Assembly (NCBI RefSeq): GCF_009914755.1
Contig: NC_060934.1
DNA from: the human T2T-CHM13v2.0 reference genome, Homo sapiens
DNA: 64,000 nucleotides
Reading direction: 5' to 3' (one strand)
Shown here: positions 19,195-42,429 of the stretch, piece after piece
How the letters are laid out: every line of letters begins with the position of its first letter
How positions within the stretch are numbered: position 1 is the stretch's first letter
Notes under the pieces: model-generated
Database searches by the model: none
What the model was told of the DNA's origin: nothing
Seen by the model: only the letters and a program-made list of their open reading frames with translations
Made by a program: the position numbers and the translations under genes

Positions 19195-19580
19195 TGTCAG
19201 GCCTCTGAGCCCAAACTAAGCCATCATATCCCCTGTGACCTGCATGTATACATACAGATGGCCTGAAGCAACTGAAGATCCACAAAAGAAGTGAAAATAG
19301 CCTTAACTGATGACATTCCACCATTGAGATTTGTTCCTGCCCCACCCTAACTGATACGATATATTCTCCCCCGCCCTTAAGAAGGTACTTTGTGATATTC
19401 TCCCTGCCCTTGAGAATGTACTTTGTACGCCTATCCCAAACCTATAAGAACTAATGATAATCCCACCACCCTTTGTTGACTCCTTTTTAGACTCAGCCCG
19501 CCTGCACCCAGGTGAAATATACAGCCTTGTTGCTCACACAAAGCCTGTTTGGTGGTTTCTTCACACGGATGCATGTGACA
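19195..19580 (+). mobile_element. HERV-H 5' LTR (LTR7 family)
   Basis: TG...CA ends, TATA-like cctataag at 19441, two copies of the U3 repeat, and the poly(A) hexamer altered to AATATA (19516-19521). Confidence 0.95.
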
Positions 19581-20156
19581 TTTGGTGCTGAAGACCCAGG
19601 ACAGGAGGACTCCTTTGGGAGACCAGTGCCCTGTTGTCGCCCTCACTCCGTGAGGAGATCCACCTATGATCTCAGGTCCTCAGACCAACCAGCCCAAGGA
19701 ACATCTTGCCAATTTCAAATCGGGTAAGTGGTCTTTTCACTCTTCTCCAGCCTTTCTTGCTACCCTTCAATCTTCCTCTCTCACTACCCTTCAATCTCCC
19801 TGTCCTTCCAATTCCCGTTCTTTTTCCTCTCTAGTAGAGATAAGGAGACACATTTTATCTGTGGACCCAAAACTCCAGCGTCAGTCATGGACTCGGGAAG
19901 ACAGTCTTCCCTTGGTGTTTAATCACTGTGGGGACGCCTGCCTGATTATTCACCCACACTCCATTGGTGTCTGATCACCACGGGGATGCCTGCCTTGGTC
20001 ATTCACCCACATTCCCTTGGTGACAAGTCAATTGCGGGGACACCTGCTTTGGCTGCTCACCCACATTGCAGCCCAGGGCTGCTCAATGCCCCCCGCTGCC
20101 CCACCCGCCTTCTCCGTGCCTCTACCCTCTCTTTTCTCGGGTTTACCTCCTTCACT

Positions 20157-22480
20157 ATGGGCAACCTTCCACCCTCCATTCCTCCTTCTTCTCCCTTAGC
20201 CTGTGTTCTCAAAAACTTAAAACCTCTTCAACTCACACCTGACCTAAAACCTAAGTGTCTTATTTTCTTCTGCAACACCGCTTGGCCCCAATACAAACTC
20301 GACAATGATTCCAAATAGCCAGAAAACGGCACTTTCGAGTTCTCCATCCTACAAGTTCTAGATAATTCTTGTCATAAAATGGGCAAATGGTCTGAGGTGC
20401 CTGACGTCCAGGCATTCTTTTACACATTGGTCCCTCCCTAGTCTCTGCTCCCAATGTGACTCATCCCAAATCTTTCTTCTTTCTCTCCTTTCTGTTCCTT
20501 CGGTCTCCACCCCAAGTTCCGAGTCCTCTGAATCCTTCTTTTCTATGGACTCATCTGACCTCCCCCCTTCTCCCCAGGCTGCTCCTCGCCAGGCTGAGCC
20601 AGGTCCCAATTCTCACTTAGCCTCTGCTCCCCCACCCTATAATCCTTTTATCACCTCCCCTCCTCACACCTGGTCCAGCTTACAGTTTCGTTCCTCGACT
20701 AGCTCTCCCCGATCTGCCCAACAATTTCCTGTTAAAGAGATGGCTGACTATCCTGACTTCATCAGAGCAGGCTGGTGCCTGGCCTTCCTGGAATGAGTGG
20801 GTGTTCTGACAGGCCCCCAGTTTGTCCCATCTGCACCGCCAAGAGGTCTCCGGGTGGCCAGAGGAGCAAAGTTGCCTTCCAAGTGCCTGTTGGTGCCTGG
20901 GAGAACACAGCAGGAGTGTCGTGCGGCCCACAGCGCAGCGCATGGTGATTCTAGGCGCTGAACAACTCCCCTTGACCCTTGGGCCTGCATCTGACTCCCG
21001 GCTGCAGAATCAGAAGCTGAGTCCAGGCAACCGCTCGGCCACTCCCGGTCACTCCTCTCTGGACACCCAGTTACTAAAGTCAGCAAAGAAGATGCGGTAA
21101 TCACCGCCTGATCTCCACATGGTGAACACAACACTCTCACTAACACCTCCTTGACCAGTCAGTCTTCAGCACTGGGGGTGGACAGGCAGGTTTTCTGTGT
21201 TTACCAGAATCGCACAGGCTAAGCACAAACATGGAACCAGAGTTCCAGGTGAGGAAACCTCACTCGCAGAAGCCCAGGCTGCACCCCACCAGGTGATGCA
21301 GTGCGCCTAGGCTGTGGGTGCTAGGAGCCAAGTGCTAGGGACTCGTCATGAGTGGGAATCCCCACGTTCCTGTCACTGCTGTCAAACAGAAGGTAAACAG
21401 TCTTACGAATGTAATTCCTTAGGAAGACTTGTACAAACTTTTATTAGGATATCTATTTATTTAATACTGAACTTTGGCCTACTTTGTGATAAGACTATAA
21501 ACAAATTGAGGAAATCACTATTTCTCACTTCTGTATTTCTCAAAAAATAATTTTGTTACAGAGTTTAATATACTGTGTACTACTGATCTTCTATTGTGAA
21601 AGCAAAGCATTTCATCAAAACAAAGTATTTTAAATTATGAGTGAAAATTGTGTATGTTAATTTTGCAGCTGTAATATTAATCAAACTTTGTGTAATTCTA
21701 ATCACAAAATGATGTGCCTTAAATGCCCCTCCAGCTGTGGGTTGGCAGTGTCCAGACAGGGACCCTGAAATCCTGAATGACTGCTAGACCAATTCTATTA
21801 AAAACATTTCAAGGCAAAAAAAAAAAAAAAAGAGGTGGCTGGAGCTGAAGGCGTAGTCAAGGTTAATGCTCCTTTTTCTTCATCTGACCTCTCCCAATCA
21901 GTTAGCGTTTAGGCTGTTTTTCATCAAATATAAAAACCCAGCCCAGTTCATGGCCCATTTGGCAACAACCCTTAGATGCTTTACCGCCCTAGACCCAGAG
22001 GGGCCAGAAGGCCGTCTTATTCTCAATATGCATTTTATTACCCAACCCGCTCCGGACATTAGAAAAAGCTCCAAAAATTAGATTCCAGCCCTCAAACCCC
22101 ACAACAGGACTTAATTAACCTCACCTTCAAGGTGTACAGTAATAGAGTAGAGGCAACATATTTCTGAGTTGCAATTACTTGCCTCCACTGTGAGAGAAAC
22201 CCCAGCCACATCTCCAGCACACAAGAACTTCAAAACACCTGAATCGCAGCGGCCAGGTGTTCCTCCAGGACCGCCTCCCCCAGGGTCTTTCTTCAAGTGC
22301 TGGAAATCTGGTCACTGGGCCAAGGAATGCCTGCAGCCTGGGATTCCTCCTGAGCCATGTCCCATCTGTGCCAGACCCTACTGGAAATCAGACTGTCCAA
22401 CTCACCCAGGAGCCACTCCCAGAGCTGCTGGAACTCTGGCCCAAGACTCTCTGACTCCTTCCCAGATGTTCTCGGCTTAG
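20157..22480 (+). pseudogene. HERV-H gag remnant (matrix N-terminus, degenerate NC zinc knuckles), interrupted by a retrocopy
   Basis: ATG 20157: MGNLPPSIPPSSPLACVLKNLKPL...FFCNTAWPQYKL then stop. ORF 22169-22480 contains [13 protein letters not shown] and [13 protein letters not shown]. Confidence 0.9.
20747..21828 (+). pseudogene. 5'-truncated processed retrocopy (3' end of a cellular poly(A)+ RNA) inserted into HERV-H gag
   Basis: Non-retroviral 1.08 kb segment with an AU-rich end, ATTAAA 21797-21802, poly(A) 21816-21831 and a 13-bp TSD aaagagatggctg (20734-20746) / aaagaggtggctg (21829-21841) at a TT|AAAG L1-endonuclease-type site. Confidence 0.92.
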
Positions 22481-22539
22481 CGGCTGAAAACTGATGCTGC
22501 CCAATCGCCTCAGAAGCCTCTTGGACCATCACAGATGCT

Positions 22540-25712
<3,173 letters not shown>

Positions 25713-25745
25713 CTCTAATCCTTCTTTAACAAACAACTGCTGGCT

Positions 25746-26130
25746 TTGCATTTCTCTTTCCTCCAAAATCACCAAGGCCTCGACTTACTCACTGCTAAAA
25801 AAAGAGGACCCTGTATATTTTTAAACGAAGAGTGTTGTTTTTACCTAAATCAATCTGGCCTGGTATATGACAACATAAAAAAACTCAAGGATAGACCCCA
25901 AAAATTCGCCAACCAAGCAAATAATTATGCTGAACCCCCTTGGGCACTCCCTAATTGGATGTCCTGGGTCCTTCCAATTCTTAGTCCTTTAATACCTATT
26001 TTTCTCTTTCTCTTATTCGGACCTTGTGTCTTCCTTCTGTTTAGTTTCTCAATTCATACAAAACTGCATCCAGGCCATCAACAATCATTCTATACGACAA
26101 ATACTCCTTCTAACAAGCCCACAATATCAC
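25746..26130 (+). pseudogene. HERV-H env transmembrane-subunit remnant
   Basis: LQNHQGLDLLTAKKRGPCIFLNEECCFYLNQSG (immunosuppressive-domain-like motif plus CX6CC), then hydrophobic WVLPILSPLIPIFLFLLFGPC. SU is largely deleted. Confidence 0.88.
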
Positions 26131-26321
26131 CCCTTATCCCCAAATCTTTCTTCAGTTTAATCTCTCCTACTCTAGGTTCCCATGCCGCCCCTAATCCCAC
26201 TCAAAGCAGCCCCGAGAAACATCGCCCATTATCTCTCCATACCACCCCCAAAAATTTTCGCTGCCTCAACACTTCACCACTATTTTGTTTTGTTTTTCAT
26301 ACTAATATAAGAAGATAGGAG

Positions 26322-26676
26322 TGTCAGGCCTCTGAGTCCAAGCTAAGCCATCAAATCCCCTGTGACCTGCACGTGTACATCCAGATGACCTGAAGCAACT
26401 GAAGATCCACAAAAGAAGTGAAAGTAGCCTTAACTGATGACATTCCACCATTGTGATTTGTTCCTGCCCCACGCTAACTGATACCATATATTCTTCCCCC
26501 GCCCTTGAGAATGTACTTTGTACACCTATCCCAAACCTATAAGAACTAATGATAATCCTACCACCCTTTGCTGACTCTCTTTTTGGACTCAGCCCGCCTG
26601 CACCCAGGTGAAATAAACAGCCCTGTTGCTCACACAAAGCCTGTTTGGTGGTCTCTTCACAAGGACGTGCGTGACA
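26322..26676 (+). mobile_element. HERV-H 3' LTR (LTR7 family) with intact AATAAA
   Basis: TGTCAGGCC...GTGACA, AATAAA 26612-26617, single copy of the U3 repeat. Confidence 0.95.
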
Positions 26677-26726
26677 CTACACTTGTTGAGTTTTAGTGTA
26701 GTATCAAAGAAGAATATCCACAATTA

Positions 26727-27013
<287 letters not shown>

Positions 27014-27441
27014 CTATCTCAAAAAGAAAAAAAAAAAATCCTCCTCCCTTTTCCAACTACATATTTGAATGAGATTAGATTTTCTTCATCTATTTCAACC
27101 AAACAACATATGGCAATAGATATGAGAATCCAGCTGTCTTCTATTAAGTCAGACATTAATGAGATTAGTAAAAATGTAGAATGACTCTCATCTCACTAAA
27201 TATTTGTTTGCTTTGGAAAATAGTTATTTTCCTTTAAAAAACTGTTATAATAGTAATAGGTTTTTATTGTTATTTTATCTGTTTTTTTTTTTTTGGAGAC
27301 ATCTCTTTCTGTTGCTCAGGCTTGAATGGAGTGGCCTGAACACAAATCACTGAAGCCTCAACTTCCCAGGCCCCAGCAATCCTCCCGCCTCAGCCTCCCA
27401 AGTAGCTGGGATCACAGGTGTGTGCCACCAAGCCTGGCTAA

Positions 27442-27669
<228 letters not shown>

Positions 27670-27710
27670 TAAAGAAGCCATTGTTTCAAGGTCACAAAGA
27701 TTTACACTTA

Positions 27711-28233
<523 letters not shown>

Positions 28234-28821
28234 TCATAGGGCAGCTATGAAGTAAAAAGAGGTGGTATAAATGAAAGACATAATAAAGCACTATTGAAAT
28301 GTAAGTGATCATCACTGCTATTATTTTTATGTATATGTTGTCTGTCCAACCTGTTCAAAGATCCTTGGGTTTTTCCTTTTGTTCTACTGCCACAGCCCCT
28401 TCCTCATACTAGACACATAGCAGATCCTCAGTAAATATTTATTTGTGAACTGATAGATGCACTCAGTCTTGCCTGTGTTGTCAGAAGTAAAAAGAGAAGT
28501 ATTTACATTTTGGTAGTCACTCCCTAGCCACTTCCTGCTCTCAACTCCTTAAGCCTAAAAAACTAATAAAAATAAAAATAAAAATAAAAAAACAACTTGT
28601 TAAGTTTGTAGTCAGCCAAGACTCATAGCCTTTTTCACTTGAACTGTTAAGCTAAGTCTTCCTTATCCTATGTTGGTGAAATTAATATTTTGAACATAAG
28701 CATGGGACTTTAAATGTATCCCTGGTTGGCCAGGTGCAGTTCATCACGCCTGTGATTGCAGCCCTTTGGGAGGCCAAGGCAGGTAGATCATGAGGTCAGG
28801 AGATCGAGACCATCCTGGCTA

Positions 28822-29085
<264 letters not shown>

Positions 29086-30029
29086 TTATTTGTTAATTCT
29101 AACTTTGGAACCTATTGAGAGCTTTATGAATCCCAATTCAGTCTTCCAAGATATTAAATATCTCTTCTAGCTTTATTTAGTGGAAAATAGCATAAGCATG
29201 CCTTCTTTATCACAGATAAGAGGGTTGTCTAGGTCAGAGACAAGGACAAAGTGAAACGTTTTGTTTTGAACTAATCTGAAATGAGACATTCTTCTCCCTT
29301 GAGTACTATGCAGTGAGTGGATGAGCACGCCTGGTTTACCAAGGTCATTCCATCTTTGTTCCCCAAACAGTTCCTTATTTATGTCATGGACCAGCCTTAG
29401 AATCAGAGCCAGTAGAATAGCCAGTGAAGGAAAAGGAAAAATATTGTAGAATTTGTTAGGTAAAGGTAATATTCTTCACCAAAAAAAAAAAAAAGCACAG
29501 CTAATAGTACCTCTGCCTTTTATCCTCAGTGAAGGCAAGAGAGTGAGGTGAAAGGGTAACAACATAGTTTGTTACCCAAGTGTTAAAAAACTTGGCAAGT
29601 GTGAGTGCTACCAAAGGCAGATGGACCCCAAGGCCATTCTAGCAATGAACGGAGGAAAACCTCAAGAAAGGAGCAGAAGGTGTGTTTAGAATCATGGGTT
29701 TTGGAATCAAGATGTTCAGTGGAATGTAAGGAAGAAGAAACACATTAGGATTGAGTCAGTCTGGTTTTGGTATTTGTAATTTCAGTAGAAAAATCTTTAA
29801 CTTGCCTAGAGAGAAGTAATCTAGTGTTAATGGGCTGCTGACTCGGGCTTCTAACAAGAGCCTGACAGGGCAGATCCAGACTCAACCAATGTCTCCCTTC
29901 TGCTCTTGTCAGCACCCTTGTTTGAGTGCGGGGCTGGGGGAAGATTGGTGGGATATCACATAAGACAATGTCAGAGAAATAGATTGGGGGTGGGGGCCTC
30001 CCATGGGCTCTGTTCACTTGGAAAAGTCT

Positions 30030-33990
<3,961 letters not shown>

Positions 33991-34590
33991 CCCTTTACTG
34001 TTATTTTACTATAGTTTGGGGAGGGAGCAAATGCATGTGTTCAAAATGTCTTCTTTATCCTGAATCTCTCTCTCAGAACCTATTTATCCTGCACATATTT
34101 ACTGGGTGCCTCATCAGGGTAGGTACTATTCAAATATTTGGATACATTAGGGAACAGAATAGAATATCCTTACACTTGTGGGGTTTACATTCTAGTGTGT
34201 GTACGCACAACAGAGGAACAGATTATAAAAATTAAATCTAAGTATGTAGATTAAAAAAAAATTTTTTTTGAAACAGTCTTTCTCTGTCGCCCAGGGTGGA
34301 GTACAGTGGTACAATCTTGGTTCACTGCAACCTCTGCCTCCCGGGTTCAAGGGATTCAAGTGATTCTTGTGCCTCAGCCTCCTGAGTAGCTGGGACTGCA
34401 GGCATGCACCACCACACCCAGCTAATTTTTGTAGTTTTAATAGAGATGGGGTTTTGCCATGTTGCTCAGGCTGGCCTTGAACTCCTGGCCTCAAGTGATC
34501 CACCTGCCTCAGCCTCCTAAAGTGCTGGAATTAAGGCGTGAGCCACTGCGCACGGCCCAATATGTAGATTATATAGTAAGTATTAGATAG

Positions 34591-34956
<366 letters not shown>

Positions 34957-35103
34957 TAATTTCAGTACTTTGGGAGGCTGATGTTGAAGGACTGCTTGAG
35001 GCCAGGAGTTAGGGACCAGCCTGAGTAACATAGCAAGACTCCATCTCTATTATAAAAAAACAGAAAGAGAGAGAGAAATGGTACAGCAGGAAATGCTGAA
35101 TCA

Positions 35104-35655
<552 letters not shown>

Positions 35656-35658
35656 TCA

Positions 35659-36056
<398 letters not shown>

Positions 36057-36114
36057 TGAGTAGCTGGGACTACAGGCGCATGCCACCACACCTGGTGAAT
36101 TTTTTCTTTTTTAA

Positions 36115-36470
<356 letters not shown>

Positions 36471-36652
36471 TAGCCAGGATGGTCTCCATCTCCTGTCCTC
36501 GTGATCCGCCCGCCTCGGCCTCTCAAAGTGCTGGGATTACAGGCGTGAGCCACCGCGCCCAGCCTTTTAAACAGTCTTTTTATATGTAGTGTAAATACTT
36601 TGTTGCATTGATGAATCTGTTGAACATTATACATCTTTATAAATTTTTTTTT

Positions 36653-36745
36653 AAAGCCAGTCAAATTTAGCGGTGAGGGTTTGTATACCACTTTAATGAC
36701 ACTAATGTTAATAAGTTCTGATAACCTACTACAATGGAACCAGCC
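36653..36745 (-). pseudogene. Y RNA (RNY4/hY4) processed pseudogene
   Basis: Reverse complement GGCTGGTTCCATTGTAGTAGGTTATCAGAACTTATTAACATTAGTGTCATTAAAGTGGTATACAAACCCTCACCGCTAAATTTGACTGGCTTT closely matches hY4. A-tail at 36644-36652 and TSD-like tctttataaa / tctttttaaa. Confidence 0.92.
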
Positions 36746-37241
36746 TCTTTTTAAAATAATAATTTTTTAAATTTTTTGTAGAGTCGGGTTTCACTTTGTT
36801 GCCCAGGCTGGTCTCAAACTGCTGGCTTCAAGCGATCCTCTTGCATTGGTCTTCTTCCTAGATTTCAAACAAATTTAATTAAATTTGTCCTTCTAACTTG
36901 TCTAATGTGAGTACTAGGTGAATTGTGAATATATAGAATCTACTTTCTTTTTATATTTTTAAATTTTTCTTTAGTTTTTATACTTTTTCATTCATTTATT
37001 TAATTTTTTTATTTCTAGTTTATTTATGACACTTGTTAAAGAATTGCCTTCTCTCCAGTTTGATAGATTGAGAGATTCAGACCAAGGGCCTCTTGCCCTC
37101 TTTCTGCCTCTTCACTACCAGACTAATTTGGGTGAGGGAGTCAGGGGAAAGTGCAAGCCTGGAACCTTCTATGTTAATAATATTATTTTTGCATACTATG
37201 TATATAATAGGAAAGACCCATATACCCTCCACCCAGTTTAA

Positions 37242-37683
<442 letters not shown>

Positions 37684-37972
37684 TGAGACACTGTCTCACT
37701 CTGTGGCCCAGTCTGAAGTGCAGTGGCACTATCTCAGCTCACTACAACCTCTGCCTCCCAAGTTCAAGTAATTGTCATGCCTCAGCCTCCCAAGTAGCTG
37801 AGACTACAGGTGCGTGCCACCGCACCTGGCTAATTTTTGTATTTTTTGGTAGAGATGGGGTTTCACCATGTTTGGCCAGGCTGGTCTCAAATTCTTGACC
37901 TCAAGTGATCCGCCCGCCTCAGCCTCTCAAAGTGTTGAGATTACAGGCGTGAGCCAACGGGCCTGGCCTTTA

Positions 37973-38245
<273 letters not shown>

Positions 38246-41200
38246 TCAGGAAGCTGAGGCAAGAGAATTGCTTGAACCTGGGAGGCGGAGGTTTCAGTGA
38301 GCCGAGATCGCACCACTGCACTCCAGCCTGGGTAACAGAGCCAGACTCTGTCTCAAAAAAAAAAAAAAAAAAAAGAAAAAGAGGGATTCTCCTGCAGTCT
38401 TGGGTTTTTTTTTCTTCACTCAATATTATACTTATATATTTACCCACATTGATATATGTATCTCTAGTTATTCATCTGTTCTGTTCATGGACATTGAATT
38501 TATTTCTAGCTTTTTGCTATAAATATTTTGTATCTGTCTCCTTTGTATACATGTGCAAGAAACTCCCCAGAATTGAAATTTCTGGGCCACAGGATATGAG
38601 CATTAGACTTTATTAGATACTGATAAATAGTTCTCCAAAATGGTTGTGCCAACTTAACAGTCTCATCAGCAGTGTATGAGTTTCTACTCCTCCACTTCTT
38701 TACCAGCGCTTGATATTATCAGACCTACTTTCCAACCTACTTTTGTAGCTTTAATTCCTTTTCTGCATGAATCTTTGATTCCAGCCATATTGTAGTACTT
38801 GCTCCCCCTTGAACATTCTATAATTGATTCCCCTACTCCCTCAAGTATTTATTGAGTAGCTATACACGTCAGAAGCCCTGCTAAGTGCTAGGAAAACAAA
38901 GATGAAAGTACACAGTTCTTGCCCTAAAGGAGTTTATAATTTCTTGGAGTGACAGGCAAACAACCGTTATGATATATTAATAACTGTTCCAATGAAGGTG
39001 CTTACCAACTACAGAAAGCAAGAAGGCAGAAGGAATCTATCTCCATTTGGAACAGCTAAGGAAAAAGGGGAGAGGGTCAGAGAAGACTTCACAGAGGAGG
39101 AAGTTTGACCATGTTTTCCCCCATATAGTTACCTCTGCCTGGATGATCCTTCCCTCTGCTTTTGCCCTATTCGTGCCAGCTCAAAGGCTGGCTCCCTACA
39201 TACTGTCCCAATCACTCCAGGAAAGTACTTTGCACTTTTCTTATATCGTGTCTTACATAATATCCTGGATATTTATACATGCATATCTTACTTCCTCTAC
39301 TAAATTATAACCTTAATGGAAGATGTTGCCCTCTTATATGCCTGTATATCTCCCATAAAGGCCAGGCATGGTGGCTCACACCTATAATCCCAGCACTTTG
39401 GGAGACTGAGGTGGGAGGATCACTTGAGGCCAGGGGTCAGAGACCAGCCTGGGAAACATAATGAGATACCCATCTCGACAAAAAATTTAAAAATTAGCCA
39501 GATGTGGTGGTGTGCGGCTGTAGTCCTAGCTATTCAGGAGGTTGAGGCAGGAGGATCGCCTGAGCCCAAGGGCTCAAGGATGCAGTAAGCTATGACCACA
39601 GTGCTGCACTCCAGCCTGGGCAATAGACCAAGACTCTGTCTCTAAAAATTAAATTAAATTAAATTAAAACAAAACAATAAGCCAGGTGCACTGGCTCATA
39701 CCTGTAATCCCAGCACTTGGGAGGCCGAGGCAGACGGATCACCTGAGTCAGGAGTTTGCGACCAACCTAGCCAACATGGTGAAACCCCGTCTCTACTAAA
39801 AACACAAAAATTGGCTGGGCGTTGTGGTGTGCGCCTGTAATCCCAGCTACTCAGGAAGCTGAGGCGGGAGAATCACTTGAACTCATGAGGCAGAAGTTGC
39901 AGTGAGCCTAGGTCATGCCACTGCACTCCAGCCTGGGCAACAGAGTGAGACTCCATCTCAAAAAATAAAAATAGAAACAATATCTCCCATACAGCTTAGA
40001 ATACTGATGACACACAGTGTGTATTCATTCAGTAATTACTTGTAGAATGAAAGATGAAAACAAACAAGGGAGGGCTACATCATTGGTTCCCATTCTCCCA
40101 GATGCTTGACCCTTCAAACATTTTAAGCAATTGCTAATTTGGGCTGCTATTTACTATTGCCAATGTAACAGGAAGACTTTAAGAAAACAACTCTTTTAAA
40201 AGTCATCTATGCTATTCATCTGGCACAAGAAAACATGTTATGTAACATTATAAAATCTAGTCAATAGGCCGGGCGTGTTGGCTCATGCTTGTAATCCCAG
40301 CACTTTGGGAAGCCAAGGCGGGCATATTACTTAAGGTCAGGAGTTCAAGATCAGCCTGGCCAACATAGAGAAACCCCGTCTCTAATAAAAATACAAAAAT
40401 TAGCTGGACGTGATGGCATGCACCTGTAGTCCAAGCTACGGGGGAGGCTAAGGCAGGAGAATCGCTTGAACCCAGGAGGCAGAGGTTTGCAGTGAGCCCA
40501 GATCGCGCCACTGCATTCCAGCCTGGGCCACAGAGTGAGACTCCATCACACACACACAAATACAAATACAAATACACACACACACACACAATTTAGTCAA
40601 TCTTGAGGGCTTGCTCTAGTATTTCTGTTTCCTGCTTCTTTAACAGACTCTACATTCCCATTTTAAAAGATCTTGCCAACATTAATTAATTAGCACTCTA
40701 TCATCAGCAGAAGGTAAAATATTGCATATTTATCTGGTATATAGAGGAAAGAGGTAGGAAGCAATTGAGGACTTGGAAGCTGGTAGTTCATACACTCCTT
40801 CTATAATGAGTCTTCTCCTTTCTAACAGCAGAGGTTAATAAAATGCTATCTGATTTGAGCTTTATTTTTTGAGGCAGGGTCTTACTCTGCTTACTCTGTT
40901 GCCTGGGCTAGAGTGTGTGACCATGGCTCACTGCAGTCTCGACCTCCTGGGCTCAAGCGATCCTCTCCATCCTCCTGGCTCAGCTTCCCAAAAAGCTGGG
41001 CTGCATGCCAGTTTGCCAGGCTAATTAAAAAAAATTTTTTTCTGTAGAGATGGGATATCCCTGTGTTGCCCAGACTGGTCTTGAACTCCTGGGCTCAAGC
41101 AATCCTCATGCCCTGGCCTCCCGAAGTGCTGGGATTACAGGTGTGAGCCACTGTACCTGACCTGTTTTGAGCTTTTTAACATAAACAATGTCTTAATTTT

Positions 41201-41553
41201 AAAAAAGATTTTAGTAAATGAGCTCAAGTTACTTATCAGAGTTACAGGAAAAGTGTCATAGGCTTTACTTAGACTTTGGGAGTACGGTTGAGAGCACAGA
41301 AGCTGATCCAGGGAGTTAGCAGTTGACACAGCAATTTAATTAATACTTTGTATTGAATGCCTGCTACATGTCAGACAATTTTCTAAACTGAGCTCCCACC
41401 CCATACGGAAATGGAGTTGGATTCTGCTCCAGGCCTGAAGGAAACAGGGTTTTTTTCATAGACTTTTATACATATCTACTTAATGACATTATCTATATCA
41501 GAAAACTATGTAAAGTTAGGTGAAAATATTTTCTTTCTTTTTTTTTTTTGTGA

Positions 41554-41712
<159 letters not shown>

Positions 41713-42162
41713 TAGTGGAGACAGGGTTTTGCCACATTGGCCAGGCTAGTCTCAAACTCCTAACCTCAAGTGATTCACCCACCTTGGCCTCCCAAAGTGC
41801 CAGGATTACAGGCGTGAGCCACCATGCCCGGCCAATCCCTTGTGTTTAAAGCTAGCCTGCAACCTTCCCAGATTTAAAGTCGGCAAAGAGACCAGACACC
41901 AAGGACATCCCTTAGACTCTTTGTTGCCACCTGGTCACACCAGTGACCTAAACAATATCTCATCTGTGGAAGCTGGGTTTGGACTAAAAATCTAACAGGT
42001 GTACCTGAGAAGCCCTCACAAAGAGGTGCAATAGCAAATAGTGATCTCTCATTAAGGAAAAAAGAGACAAGCATTTGCGTATCCTAGTAACAATCATTTG
42101 ATTTCCTTCAGGAGAGAAATTCCATTTTCATCTAGCCTTGGGATTCAGATGAAGGATTCTAG

Positions 42163-42429
<267 letters not shown>

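Noticed and set aside
25746-26318. 190-aa env-like ORF as a domesticated envelope gene
   Set aside because: It has no true ATG start or signal peptide, SU is deleted, an AluY lies immediately upstream, and the frame shifts after the TM helix.
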